This document shows positions 1-12,783 of a stretch of 64,000 nucleotides of DNA, one piece after another. Numbering within the stretch: the stretch's first letter is position 1; every line of letters begins with the position of its first letter. Below the pieces are notes generated by a model, which saw nothing but the letters and a program-made list of their open reading frames with translations, ran no database searches and had not been told where the DNA came from. Position numbers and translations under genes: made by a program. This stretch comes from an uncultured Gemmatimonadales bacterium (lineage in GTDB: Bacteria; Gemmatimonadota; Gemmatimonadetes; Gemmatimonadales; GWC2-71-9): positions 77,887 through 141,886 of the forward strand of contig CAVSLY010000021.1 in the NCBI GenBank assembly GCA_963728705.1, read 5' to 3'.

Positions 1-3
1 CGA

Positions 4-522
4 TCAGCTCGGCCGGAAGAGTTTGTACCAGTTGTACACCTGGGAGGCGGTGACCGCCTTGTACAGCTTGGATTGGCGGACCCGCTCGCCGATCGTGGCG
101 CGGTAGCGCGTCACGCCGACCTTCGCGCCGAAGTAGATCGGGATCGCGAGCACCAGCCAGGCAACCACGCTCCCCAGGACGACGGTGTTGTTGAAGTTGG
201 TGTACGGCACGAGCGGCGTGTTGTACCACGCGGTCCAGAGTCCCCGGAGCGAGGGCGCCATGAGCAGGCTCTCGCCGATCCGGTGGAAGACGGGATCGAG
301 CAGGAAGCCGAGCGGCACGAACAGCGCCCAGCCAAGCATCCCGCCGCCGAACGAGACGTTGAGCAGCACGATGAGCGAGAACACGACCAGGTTGTGCACG
401 TTCATCAGTGGCGTGAGGCCGAGCACCGCGCCGAGGGCGATGCCGGCGGCCACCTGCCCCGGCGTGCCGTCGGAGTGCAGCGTCTTGATGATCGACTGTA
501 TCAGCTTGAGCAGGGCGAACAT
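4..522 (-). CDS. small integral membrane protein (DUF2062/TIGR03546-like)
   Basis: 172-aa ORF from the track with several hydrophobic helices (GIALGAVLGLTPLM, VVFSLIVLLNVSFGGGMLGWALFVPLGFLL, VLGSVVAWLVLAIPIYF). The family name is from memory, not searched. Confidence 0.55.
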   Translation of the reverse strand: MFALLKLIQSIIKTLHSDGTPGQVAAGIALGAVLGLTPLMNVHNLVVFSLIVLLNVSFGGGMLGWALFVPLGFLLDPVFHRIGESLLMAPSLRGLWTAWYNTPLVPYTNFNNTVVLGSVVAWLVLAIPIYFGAKVGVTRYRATIGERVRQSKLYKAVTASQVYNWYKLFRPS

Positions 523-543
523 ACTAGGTATCCTCTACGGCTT

Positions 544-3060
544 ATGCCACGGACCCGCCGAGCGCCTCAGGTGCACAAATTCGGCGGTGCGTCGCTGGCC
601 GACTCCGCCGCTGTCCGCCACGCCGTCGACATCATCCGCCGCCACGCCCAAGAGCCCACCGTCGTGGTCGTCTCTGCGATGGCGGGGACGACCGACGCGC
701 TCCTTGGCGTGGCCCAGCAGGCCGGCGCCGGCGAGTCGCGCACCGTCGCGTCCCTCATCGCGCAGCTCCGGAGCCGCCACGCCGAGGTGGCACGGGCGCT
801 TCTGCCAGCCGGCCGTGGCCGGGCGGACGCGCTCGCCTACGTCAGTGACGTCTTCGAGGAGCTCGAAGCCCTGGCGCAAGGGCTCCAGCTCCTGCGCGAG
901 CTGACCCCGCGCACCACCGACTACCTCGCGTCACGCGGCGAGCGGCTGAGCGCGCGCCTGGTGGCGGCGGCACTCGAGGCGGCCGGGACGAAGGCAAAGT
1001 ACGTCGATGCCATCGACCTCGTCCACACCGACGGTGCGTTCGGCCAGGCGGCACCGGATTTCGCGCGCACCGATCGGAGCGTCCAGCGCACGCTGCTGCC
1101 GCTGCTCGCGCGCGGCATCATGCCGATCGTGCCCGGCTTCATCGGCGCCACGCCCGATGGGGAGGTGGCCACGCTCGGCCGCGGCGGCTCGGACCTCACC
1201 GCCACGCTGCTCGCGCGCGGGCTCGGCGCCTCGCGGGTCTCGCTCTGGAAGGACGTGCCGGGGCTCCTCACCGCCGACCCGCGCGTGGTGCCCGACGCGC
1301 GCGTCATCCCGCAACTGCACGCGCGCGAGGCGGCCGAGCTCGCGTATTACGGGGCCAAGGTGCTGCATCCGCGGGCGCTGATTCCGGTCGCGGGCCGGCG
1401 CATCCCGGTCTACGTGCGTCCGTTCGGCGACCCCGACTCGGCCGGCACCGAAGTCTCCGAGCGGGTGGCACCGGGGCGGTTTCCGGTGAAGGCGCTCACC
1501 GCCGCCGGCGGCCAGGCGCTCGTGACCGTGACCGGCAACGGCATGCTGGGCGTGCCCGGCATCGCGGCGCGGACGTTCCACGCGCTCCATGTCCGGCAGA
1601 TCTCGGTGTCGCTCATCTCGCAGGCCTCCTCGGAGCATTCGATCTGCTTCAGCGTGCCCGAGGGACTGGCCACGGAGGCGCGGGAGAGCCTGGAGCGGGA
1701 ATTCGCCGGCGAGATCGGCCGCGGCGAGATCGACGGCGTCGAGCTCAGCCTCGACATGGCCACGGTGGCGGTCGTGGGCCTCGGCATGCACGGCACGCCG
1801 GGAGTGGCGGCGGCCGTGTTCACCGCGCTGGCCGCCGCCAAGATCAACGTCGTGGCCATCGCCCAGGGAAGCTCGGAGCTCAACATCTCGGTCGTCGTCG
1901 AGGCCCGGCAGGCCGCCGAGGCGCAGCGGCGGATCCACGCGGCCTTTCAGCTCTCCCGGATCGCCGGCGGCGGCGTGATCCAGCCCGAGCGCATGGAGGT
2001 CATCCTGCTCGGCTTCGGGCAGATCGGGCGCAGCCTCGCTACGATGGTGGGTCAGGTGCGCCGGCCGGCGCTGGACCTGAAGGTCGCCGGGATCATCGAC
2101 CGCTCGGGGTTCGTGTTCGATCCGCAGGGACTCGCCCCCCGCCGGCTCGCCGCGCTCGTTGCGGAGAAGAAGAAGGGCGTTCGGCTGGCCGACACTCCGC
2201 GCGGGCACGCCGCCACCGCCGAGGAGGCGATCCAGCACATCGCGAGCTACGCGCTTACCCGGCCGGTGCTGGTGGACCTCACGGCCACCGACACCGGCCC
2301 CGCACTCGAGCTGGGGCTCATGCACGGCATGGACCTGGTCCTGGCCAACAAGCGGCCGCTGGCCGGCCGGCGCGGCGTGAGCGAGTCGCTCTGGCAGACC
2401 GCCCGCGCGCGCGGCCGCCGCGTGCTGCACGAGGCCACCGTCGGCGCCGGGCTGCCGATCATCGACACCTATCACAAGTTGACCGAGAGCGGCGACCGGG
2501 TGGAGCGGATCGAGGGGCTGCTGTCGGGCACGCTGGGGTATGTGCTCAGCGAGGTGTCCACAGGAACGCCGTTCTCGCGCGCGGTGCGCACGGCGATGCG
2601 CCTGGGCTACACCGAACCCGATCCGCGGGAGGACCTCTCGGGAATGGACGTCGGCCGCAAGGCGCTCATCCTGGCGCGGCTGCTCGGCTACCCGGGCGAG
2701 CTCTCCCGCGCGGCGGTGGAGTCGCTCGTTCCCAAATGGGCGCGCACCCTGCCCCTGGCCGACTTCATTCGGCGGCTGCCCGAGCTCGACCGCGGGTGGC
2801 GCCGGCGGGTGGACGTGGCCGGGGCCGACGATATGGTGCTGCGTTACGTGGCGACGGTCACTCGCTCCAAGATCGCGGTCGGTCTCCGGGCGGTGCCACG
2901 GTCGAGCCCGCTTGCCGCCATCCAGGGTTCGGACAACCAGCTGGTCTTCACCACAGCGCGGTACAAGGCCAATCCGCTGGTCATCACCGGCCCTGGCGCG
3001 GGCGCGGAGGTGACGGCCGCCGGGGTCCTGAACGACATTCTTCGCCTGGCGGGAGCGTGA
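544..3060 (+). CDS. thrA: bifunctional aspartate kinase / homoserine dehydrogenase
   Basis: The ATG at 544 is in frame with ORF 73..3060. The N-terminus has the aspartokinase signature (VHKFGGASLADSAAV..VVVVSAMAGTTDALL), followed by ACT-like repeats. The C-terminal half is homoserine dehydrogenase (ILLGFGQIGRSL.., LANKRPLAG, HEATVGAGLPII, LSGTLGYV). The frame is intact. The stop overlaps the thrB start (GTGA). Confidence 0.9.
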   Translation: MPRTRRAPQVHKFGGASLADSAAVRHAVDIIRRHAQEPTVVVVSAMAGTTDALLGVAQQAGAGESRTVASLIAQLRSRHAEVARALLPAGRGRADALAYVSDVFEELEALAQGLQLLRELTPRTTDYLASRGERLSARLVAAALEAAGTKAKYVDAIDLVHTDGAFGQAAPDFARTDRSVQRTLLPLLARGIMPIVPGFIGATPDGEVATLGRGGSDLTATLLARGLGASRVSLWKDVPGLLTADPRVVPDARVIPQLHAREAAELAYYGAKVLHPRALIPVAGRRIPVYVRPFGDPDSAGTEVSERVAPGRFPVKALTAAGGQALVTVTGNGMLGVPGIAARTFHALHVRQISVSLISQASSEHSICFSVPEGLATEARESLEREFAGEIGRGEIDGVELSLDMATVAVVGLGMHGTPGVAAAVFTALAAAKINVVAIAQGSSELNISVVVEARQAAEAQRRIHAAFQLSRIAGGGVIQPERMEVILLGFGQIGRSLATMVGQVRRPALDLKVAGIIDRSGFVFDPQGLAPRRLAALVAEKKKGVRLADTPRGHAATAEEAIQHIASYALTRPVLVDLTATDTGPALELGLMHGMDLVLANKRPLAGRRGVSESLWQTARARGRRVLHEATVGAGLPIIDTYHKLTESGDRVERIEGLLSGTLGYVLSEVSTGTPFSRAVRTAMRLGYTEPDPREDLSGMDVGRKALILARLLGYPGELSRAAVESLVPKWARTLPLADFIRRLPELDRGWRRRVDVAGADDMVLRYVATVTRSKIAVGLRAVPRSSPLAAIQGSDNQLVFTTARYKANPLVITGPGAGAEVTAAGVLNDILRLAGA

Positions 3061-4016
3061 CGCGGGCAGGCCCCGTCACCGCCTTCGCGCCCGGCGGTGT
3101 CGGGAACGTCGGCCCCGGGCTCGACATCCTGGGGCTCGCGGTGGCCGGCGCGGGCGACGCGGTTCGTGCCGAATGGACCCGCGAAAGCGGCATCGTGATC
3201 CGCGACCCCGGCCATTCGAGGCTGCCGCGGGACCCGGCGCGGCACACCTCCGCCCTGGCCGCGCGCGCGGTGCTCGCCGCCGCGGGGGAGCGGCTGGCGG
3301 GCGGGAGAGGAATCGCGCTCTCGGTCACGAAGGGTCTGCCGCTCTCGGGCGGCCAGGGCGGCAGTGGCGCCTCGGCGGTGGCGGGCGCGGTCGCGGTCAA
3401 TGCGTTGCTCGGAGCGCCACTCGACGAGCATGCCGTGCTCGACGCCTGCCTGCACGCCGAGGAGACGGTGGCCGGGCGTCACCTCGACAACATCGCCCCC
3501 TCGCTGCTCGGCGGCATCGTGCTGATCCGATGCATGCAGCCGATGGACATCGTGCGCCTTCCCGTTCCCGCCGAGCTGGTGGTGGTGCTCGTGCGCCCCG
3601 AGCAGCAGATGCGCACGAAAGAGGGTCGCGCGGTGCTCCCGCTCACCCTGCCGCTGGAAACGGCGCTGCACCAGGCGGCTCAGGTGGGAGCGCTGGTCGC
3701 GGCGCTCGCGCTCGGCGACTATGAGCTCTTGGGCCGCGCCATCGACGACCGAATCGCCGAGCCCGCTCGCACGGGACTTCTGCCGGGCTTCGCCGAGGCC
3801 AAGGCGGCGGCGCTCGCCGCGGGGGCGCTCGGGAGCTCGATCTCGGGGAGCGGCCCGACGGCATTCGCGCTCACCCGCGGGCGCGACGCGGGCGACCGGG
3901 TGGCGGCGGCCATGACCGCGGCATACGCCGCGGCCGGGCAACAGAGCGACGCGCGGGTGGCTCCGGTGGACCTGGTGGGCGCACGGCTGATCGAGTCGAC
4001 AGGAGGATCGGGATGA
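3057..4016 (+). CDS. thrB: homoserine kinase
   Basis: The GTG at 3057 is in frame with ORF 2736..4016. GHMP-kinase motifs are present (FAPGGVGNVGPGLDILG, KGLPLSGGQGGSGASAVAG, GALGSSISGSGPTAFAL). The stop overlaps the thrC ATG (ATGA). Confidence 0.88.
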   Translation: MTRAGPVTAFAPGGVGNVGPGLDILGLAVAGAGDAVRAEWTRESGIVIRDPGHSRLPRDPARHTSALAARAVLAAAGERLAGGRGIALSVTKGLPLSGGQGGSGASAVAGAVAVNALLGAPLDEHAVLDACLHAEETVAGRHLDNIAPSLLGGIVLIRCMQPMDIVRLPVPAELVVVLVRPEQQMRTKEGRAVLPLTLPLETALHQAAQVGALVAALALGDYELLGRAIDDRIAEPARTGLLPGFAEAKAAALAAGALGSSISGSGPTAFALTRGRDAGDRVAAAMTAAYAAAGQQSDARVAPVDLVGARLIESTGGSG

Positions 4017-5307
4017 AATTCCAGACGCAGCGGCCGGGGAGCTGGCAGGTCTGCCTCGCCTGTGGCCACGAGATGACCGAGCTCGATCCGCACCCGCGCT
4101 GTATTACCTGCGGCGGCTTGCTCGAGATCCGCCACCGACCGCCCCAACTCCACCGGGCCGACCTGATCGACCGCTTCACCGAGCGCCGAGGGCAGCGGCC
4201 GGGCGCGTCGGCGTCCGGCGTCTGGCGATTCCGCGAGATCGTGCTGCCCTCGGCCGACGAGGTGGTCTCCCACCCCGAAGGGAACACCCCGCTGCTCCAC
4301 CGCCCCGCGCTCGATCGCTGGACCGGCACCGACCGCCTGCTGCTCAAGCACGAGGGCCACAACCCGACCGGCTCGTTCAAGGACCGCGGGATGACCGTGG
4401 GAGTGACCCAGGCGCGCCGCATCGGCGCGACGGCCGTGGCCTGCGCGTCGACGGGCAACACCTCGGCATCGCTGGCGGCATACGCGGCGCAGGCGGGAAT
4501 CCCCGCGCTCGTGCTGGTGCCCCAGGACCAGGTGGCGCAGGGCAAGCTGGCGCAGACGCTGGCGTATGGCGCCAGGACCCTGCTCGTGCGCGGCGATTTC
4601 GACGCCTGCCTCAAGCTGGTGGAGGAGGCGAGCCAGCGACTCGGCGTCTACCTGCTCAACTCGATCAATCCGTTCCGGATCGAGGGGCAGAAGACGATCG
4701 TGCTCGAGATGCTCCAGCAGCTCGGCTGGGAACCGCCCGACTGGATCGTGCTGCCGGCCGGCAACCTGGGGAATACCGCGGCGTTCGGAAAGGCGCTGCG
4801 TGGAGGCGCACCGCTGGGGATTGATCTCACGGATGCCGCGCCTCGCCGCGGTGCAGGCCGCGGGCGCGGCGCCATTCGCGCGGAGCTTCGCGGAGGACTT
4901 CGAGAACCGGTATGCGGTGCGCGCCGAGACCGTCGCCACGGCGATCCGGATCGGCGACCCGGCATCGTTCGAGCGCGCGGTCCATGCCATCCGGGAGACG
5001 GAGGGCGTCGTGCTCGCCGTGACCGACGAGGAGATCCTCGAGGCCAAGGCCGCGGTAGACGGTTGCGGCATCGGCTGCGAGCCGGCGAGTGCCGCGAGCG
5101 TCGCGGGGGTGCGCGATCTGGTGCGGCGGGGACTGATGGCAGCCAGACCAGCACGCGGTCGCGGTGCTCACGGGGCACATCCTCAAGGATCCCGGGATCC
5201 TCCTCAAGTACCACCGCGAGATGGATCCCGCGCCGCCTGGGGCCAACCGGCCGATTGAGATCGACGCGACGCTGGCGGAGATCGAGCGAGTGCTGGCGCG
5301 GGTCTAG
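4013..5307 (+). CDS. thrC: threonine synthase, interrupted by two +1 frame changes
   Basis: The N-terminal 260 aa lie in the frame of ORF 4013..6340 (HEGHNPTGSFKDRGMTVGV PLP-lysine motif, ACASTGNTSAS). The protein continues in the frame of 4566..5258 (MPRLAAVQAAGAAPFARSF..VLAVTDEEILEAK). It ends in the third frame (VAVLTGHILKDPGILLKYH..ERVLARV, TAG at 5305-5307). The shifts are near 4800 and near 5140. Confidence 0.85.
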
Positions 5308-5325
5308 CTTCCCCGCGCCGCACGA

Positions 5326-6571
5326 TCAGCGCTTCACGATTCGCCAGATCGTGCCGGCAGCGTCATCCGACAGGAACAGCGCCCCACCCTTCCCGACCGC
5401 CAGCCCCACTGGCCGGAGACTGGCCTCCGGTACGCGTGGCGAAGGTCTGATACGTGCCCACGGGCTTCCCATCCGCCAACGGCGCGAACACCACGCGGTA
5501 TCCCTCCTGCGGCAACGGCGCGCGGTTCCAGCTCCCGTGGAAGGTGATGAACAGCCCGCCTGCGTACGCCGCGCCGAGCTCAGTGCCGGGATAGAACTGC
5601 AGCGCCATCGGCGCCCAGTGGCCGGGGAAGGCTATCGCTGGCGCCTTGGCCGTCGCGCACCGGCCGACGGACTTGCCGTCGCCGCCGTACTCGGGCGCGA
5701 GCACCTTCCGCTTCGCATCGTTGCTGTAGTAACAATACGGCCAGCCGATGTCGTCGCCTTCCGAGACCTGCACCAGCTCCTCCGCGGGATTGTTCGCATT
5801 GGCCTCGTCGGTGAAGCCCCAGTTCTGCCCCAGCTGATCGCGTCCATGAATCGCGGCCCACACCGCGTGCGTCCCCGGCTGCACCCCCAGCGCCTCGGCA
5901 TTCCGAAGTCCCGTCGCCCAGCGGCGGCCATCGCCGAACGACTGCCCCCTCCGGCCGGCCGCGAACCGCCAGATGCCGGCGCGGCGCTCGAGCTCGGTGC
6001 ACGGGTCGCGGCCGGGGGACTCCGCGGCACGGTTCGATTGCTGGCAGCTGTTGGTCGCCGAGCCGATCTTCACGAGCAGCACGTCGCCACCGGGGAAGGC
6101 CATCGTCTTGGCGTCGTGGTCGCCTCCCGCCGGAAGCCCGGTGATGATCGTCTCGGGATCGCCGGCAGGCTCGAGCTTACCCGAGGTGAGACGCCACCGG
6201 ACGACGCTCCGCTCGAGCGCGAGGTAGAGATACCCGTCGTGCACGGCGACATCATTGCCGCCGCGGGGACCGAACGACGTCCGCTCTTCCATGGTCCCGT
6301 CGCCGTCGCGGTCGCGGAACGCCGCCACCCCGCCGCGTAGCAGGCTGCCGCCCGTCGCGGCGTAGAGCTCGCCGCCGGGCCCGACCGCCAGGTGGCGCAC
6401 GTCATCGACGTCGCTCGCCACCACGCTGGCGCAGAATCCATCGGGCAGACCGAGCCCTCCGTTGTCCGGCGCACACGGCGGCATGGCGCGTCCCGCGGCG
6501 AGGGCGGCCAGGGCGACGATCGGGATCACGGCGAGCGCGGCGCGGTGGCCGGCAGTGCGGACGAGAGGCAT
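5326..6571 (-). CDS. PQQ-dependent sugar (glucose/sorbosone) dehydrogenase family protein, one frameshift near the 3' end
   Basis: ORF 5363..6634 has a probable start at MPLVRTAG (signal-like [17 protein letters not shown]). Beta-propeller type motifs are present ([31 protein letters not shown]). The C-terminal end reads in another frame ([29 protein letters not shown], stop at 5326-5328). Confidence 0.7.
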
Positions 6572-6694
6572 GAGACGACACCCTTCCTGAGGCCAGCGAG
6601 CGGGGAGCCGAGGGCTCCGGGAACACGATGTCAAGATAGCAACGGCCCCGAAGCGGACGCTGCACCGACTCGGGAAGAGTCGTGTGCGCGGGCA

Positions 6695-6806
6695 TTTTCC
6701 GAGGGGCGGAGGACCCGTTTCCGAGGGAAAATGGGGCCGAAATCGGGGTTTCCGAGGGAAAAACAGGCCGAAAATCCGGTTTTCCGAGGGAAAACAGCCA
6801 TTTCCC
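6695..6806 (+). promoter_or_regulatory. tandem 31-32 nt repeats, each carrying the palindrome TTTCC-GAG-GGAAA, upstream of the SWIB gene
   Basis: TTTCCGAGGGAAAA occurs at 6718, 6749 and 6781. A degenerate copy (TTTTCCGAGGGG) is at 6695 and a half-site (TTTCCC) at 6801. The spacer GGCCGAAA(A)TC(C)GG is also repeated. The stretch is AT-rich compared with its flanks. Confidence 0.6.
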
Positions 6807-6898
6807 TATTGCAAATTTGCGGAGGTCGTGTACTGTTTGTCACGGTAGTTTCGCTGGACCCGAGGCACGCAGTTCTCACATTCACTGGGAGACACGCG

Positions 6899-7262
6899 AT
6901 GGCCGCCAAGAAAAAGACGAAGAAGTCCGCCAAGAAGTCCGCGAAGAAGTCCGCCAAGAAGTCCGCGAAGAAGGCCGCCAAGAAGGCCGCCAAGAAGTCC
7001 GGCAAGAAGCGCACACCGAGCGCCGCGTTCATGAAGCCGGTGCAGCCCGAGAGCGCCGCTGGGCGCCGTCGTCGGCAACACGCCGCTGCCCCGCACCGAG
7101 GTCACCAAGAAGCTCTGGCCGTACATCAAGCGGAACGGCCTGCAGGACTCCAAGAACCGCCGCACGATCAACGCCGACGACAAGCTCCGTCCGGTGTTCG
7201 GTGGCAGGAGCCAGGTCACGATGTTCGACATGACCAAGCTGGTGAACAAGCACCTGAGCTAG
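6899..7262 (+). CDS. lysine-rich (KKSA-repeat) SWIB/MDM2-domain DNA-binding protein, one frameshift
   Basis: The N-terminus reads [50 protein letters not shown]. After an extra base near 7055 the protein continues as [67 protein letters not shown], a typical SWIB domain. The stop is at 7260-7262. Confidence 0.8.
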
Positions 7263-7347
7263 ATCGCCGGCTCCGGCCGGTGCAGCAATCGAGGGCGCCC
7301 CCGCTGGGGCGCCCTTTCTGCTTCCGGGCGTGTTATTTTCCCGCCCT

Positions 7348-9039
<1,692 letters not shown>

Positions 9040-9049
9040 CGACGATGCC

Positions 9050-11229
9050 ATGCATCCACTGCACGAGCCAAGATTCCCTACCTCCCGCCCCGCATCGAGG
9101 GGCTCGCGGCGCTCGCGATGAACCTCTGGTGGAGCTGGAGCCGCGAGGCGCGCGCCCTGTTCCGCTCCATCGACCCGCCGCTCTGGCACCTGACCCGCCA
9201 CAACCCGCTCGAGCTGCTCTGCCGGGTCGATCCGGCGCCGCATCGCGGCGCTGCGCCAGCGACACCGACTTCCTCCGGCGCTACGACGACGTCATGGCCC
9301 GGATGGCGCACGAGACGACGAGCGCGCGACACCTGGTTCGCCCGCAGCTATCCCGAGCTCGACGGCCGGCCGGTCGCCTACTTCTGCGCCGAGTTCGGGC
9401 TGCACAACTCGGTGCCGATCTACTCCGGCGGCCTCGGCGTCCTCGCCGGCGACCACTGCAAGGCGGCCAGCGACCTCGGCGTGCCGCTGGTCGGCGTCGG
9501 GCTCTTCTACATGAAGGGCTACTTCGACCAGCGGCTCCGGCTCGACGGCTGGCAGGAGGACAGCGACGAGGAGTTCGACGTCCGCCTCACGCCGCTCGAG
9601 CCGGTCGACCGGCGCCGCAGCAGCGAGCCGTAGCTCACCACGGTCGAGACGTCCGGCCGGCCGGTGCACGTGCGCGCCTGGCGGATGATGGTCGGCCGGG
9701 TGCCGATCTACCTGCTCGACACCAACCTCGAGGTCGAACCACCCCGACGACCGCGCGCTGATGAACAAGCTCTACGCCGGCGGCCCCGAGCTGCGGCTCC
9801 GGCAGGAGTGGATCCTCGGCGTCGGCGGCGTGCGGGTGCTGCGGGCGATCGGGCATCGACCCGGCGGTCTGGCACGCGAACGAGGGCCATGCCGCGTTCA
9901 TGATGGTCGAGCGGCTGCGCGAGCTGACTCGCGCAGGGCGTGCCGTTCGACGAGGCGGTCCGCCAGGTGCGGGCGCACAGCGTCTTCACCACCCACACGC
10001 CGGTGCCGGCGGGCCACGACGCCTTCTCGCGTCGAGCAGCTCGAGGCCGTGCACCGGGCCGATCTGGGACGAGATGGGCGTCACCCGCGAGCAGCTTCTT
10101 CGCGCCTCGGCGCGCATCCCGACGCTGCCGGGCCAGTTCCACATGACCGTGGCCGCGATGCGGCTCTCCGCGCGGCGTGAACGGCGTCTCGCGCCGGCAC
10201 GGCCAGGTCTCCCGCAACCTCTGGCGCGACCTCTGGCCCGGCCGGCCCTGGGAGACGGTCCCGATCGGCCACGTCACCAACGGCGTGCACCTGGCCACCT
10301 GGATGGCGAGCCCGCGTCATGGCGCTGCTCGACGAGCACCTCGGGCCCGACTGGGGCAGCCGGCTCGACGAGCCCGGCTTCTGGGACCAGGTGCTCACGC
10401 TCGACCACGCCGAAGTTCTGGGACGTGCACATCCGGCTCAAGCACGATCCTCGGCGACCTTCATCCGCGAGGACGCCCGGCGCCGCTTCGCCGACGCAGT
10501 TGAAGGAGGCGGCCCAGGTCGTCGGCGCCGGGCACGCTGCTCGACCCGACGGCGCTCACCATCGGCTTCGCGCGCCGGTTCGCGACCTACAAGCGCGCCA
10601 ACCTGATCTTCCGCGACCTCGAGCGGCTGCGCCGGCTGCTGGTCGACCCGTGGCGGCCGGTGCAGATCATCTTCGCCGGCAAGGCGCACCCGGCCGACAA
10701 CCCCGGCAAGGAGGTCCTCCAGAGCGTCTACCAGTTCACCCGCGACCCCGAGTTCGAGGGCCGGGTGGCGTTCCTCGAGGACTACGACATGCACCTCGCC
10801 CACCTGCTGGTGCAGGGCGTGGACCTCTGGCTCAACCTCCCGCGGGTGCCGCTCGAGGCGTCGGGCACGAGCGGCATGAAGGCCGGCGCTCAACGGCGTG
10901 CCGCAGCTCAGCACGCTCGACGGCTGGTGGCAGGAGGGCTACGACGGGCTGAGCGGCTGGGCGATCTCGCCCGGCCGGCGAGACGCGAGGACGCCGACGC
11001 CGCCGACGCCGAGCGGCTCTACCGCCTGCTCGAGGAGCAGGTCATTCCGCTCTACTACACGCGCAACGCCGACGGCGTCCCGCTCGGCTGGGTCGAGAAG
11101 ATGCGCCACGCGCTCCGGCTGGCGGGCAGCCGGTTCACCGCGCGGCGGATGCTGCAGGACTACGTGCAGGAATACTACGCCCCCGCGATCCGGGGCGAGG
11201 CGTCCGGCGACGATCCGCCCACGGCATGA
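9050..11229 (+). pseudogene. glgP: alpha-glucan (glycogen/maltodextrin) phosphorylase family protein, many frameshifts
   Basis: Fragments include [119 protein letters not shown], and [46 protein letters not shown]. The stop is at 11229. The exact start is uncertain. Confidence 0.8.
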
Positions 11230-11239
11230 GGCAGGCAGG

Positions 11240-12769
11240 ATGGCGACCGTTCACGAGCCGGTCCCGCACGGCCGGCGGAGCGTCCGTCCGCCGCTGACCG
11301 CGGCGGGCGGCGAGCCCGTCTCGGTCGTCCACCTGACGGCGGAGTACTTTCCCTACGCCCGCACCGGCGGCCTGGCCGAGGCGGTGAGCGGCCTCGCCGC
11401 GTTCCAGCGGGCGGCCGGGCTCGACGTGGCCGCGATCCTGCCGCTCTACCGCACGCGTCCGCGACGAGCGAGCCCGACCTCGAGCCGGTCGGCCCGCCGT
11501 TCCTGGTGCCGATCGGCGGCCGCACCGAGGAGGCGCGGCTCTTCCGGGCGGCGGCGGCCGGCACGCGGCCCGCAGGTCTACTTCCTCGAGCACCTCGAGT
11601 ACTTCAACCGGCCGGGCATCTACGGCGAGAACGCGCGTCGACTATCCCGACAACGCCCGCCGCTTCGCCTTCTTCGCGCTGGCCGCGCTCACCGCGCTGC
11701 CCCGGATCGTGCCGGGCCCGGTGCTGCTGCACGCGCACGACTGGCACACGGCGCTCGCGCCGGTCTATCTCCGCACCGTGCTCGCCGGCGAGCGCGTTCG
11801 CGGCCGACGGTCACGCACCGTGCTCTCGGTGCACAACCCGGGCTACCAGGGCCACTTCCCGCCCGAGGTCGATGCCCGACGATCGGGCTGCCCTGGGAGC
11901 TCTTCAACTGGCAGCAGCTCGAGTGGTACGGGAAGGCGAACTTCCTCAAGGGCGGGCTGGTCTTCGCCGACTTCGTCGACCACGGTGAGCCCGACCCAGG
12001 CCGCGCGAGCTCACGCACGCCGGGCGGCGGCTTCGGCCTGCACGACGTCTTCATCGAGCTCGGCGACCGGCTCGTCGGCGTGCTCAACGGCATCGACCAG
12101 CGGGACTGGGACCCGGCCACCGACACCCAGATCACCGCGCAGTACTCGGCCGAGAAGCTCGACGGCAAGCGCCGCTGCAAGGCGGCGCTGCAGCGCTCGT
12201 TCGGGCTGCCGCAGCGCCGGAAGGTGCCGCTCTTCGGGATGACCGGCCGGCTGGTCACGCAGAAGGGGCTCGACCTCATCCTCGGCGCCGACGAGCTCCT
12301 CGCGCTCGACGCGCAGTTCGTCTTTCTCGGCAGCGGCGAGCAGCGCTACGAGCAGGCGCTGGTCGAGCTGGCGCAGTCGGCGCCCAACCGGATCGGCGTC
12401 CAGCTCGACTTCACCGACCGGCTCGAGCACCGGCTCATGGCCGGCGCCGACATCTTCCTCATGCCGTCGCTGTACGAGCCGTGCGGCCTCACCCAGATGC
12501 GGGCCCAGCGCTACGGCGCGCCGCCGATCGTCCGGCGCGTCGGCGGGCTGGCGGACACGGTCGAGGACGGCGTCACCGGCTTCTCTTCGAGCCTACACGC
12601 CGGAGGCGTTCCAGAGGCCGCGCTTCCGCGCGCTCGATGCCTACGCCGACACCACGCGGTGGCAGGCGATGATGCGGCGCGGCATGGCGCGCGACTTCAG
12701 CTGGGAGCGGTCGGTCGCCACCTACCTCGACGTCTACCGCCGCGCGCTCGCGTCGCGGCGCGTCGGTGA
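11240..12769 (+). pseudogene. glgA: glycogen synthase (GT5), several frameshifts
   Basis: VVHLTAEYFPYARTGGLAEAVSGLA marks the N-terminus. A long C-terminal block reads VGVLNGIDQRDWDPATD..LFGMTGRLVTQKGLDL..FVFLGSGEQRYE..IFLMPSLYEPCGLTQMRAQRYGAPPIVRRVGGLADTV. The terminal part (MARDFSWERSVATYLDVYRRAL) is in another frame. The stop is taken as TGA at 12767-12769. Confidence 0.8.
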
Positions 12770-12783
12770 CCGGAGCCAGCCGA

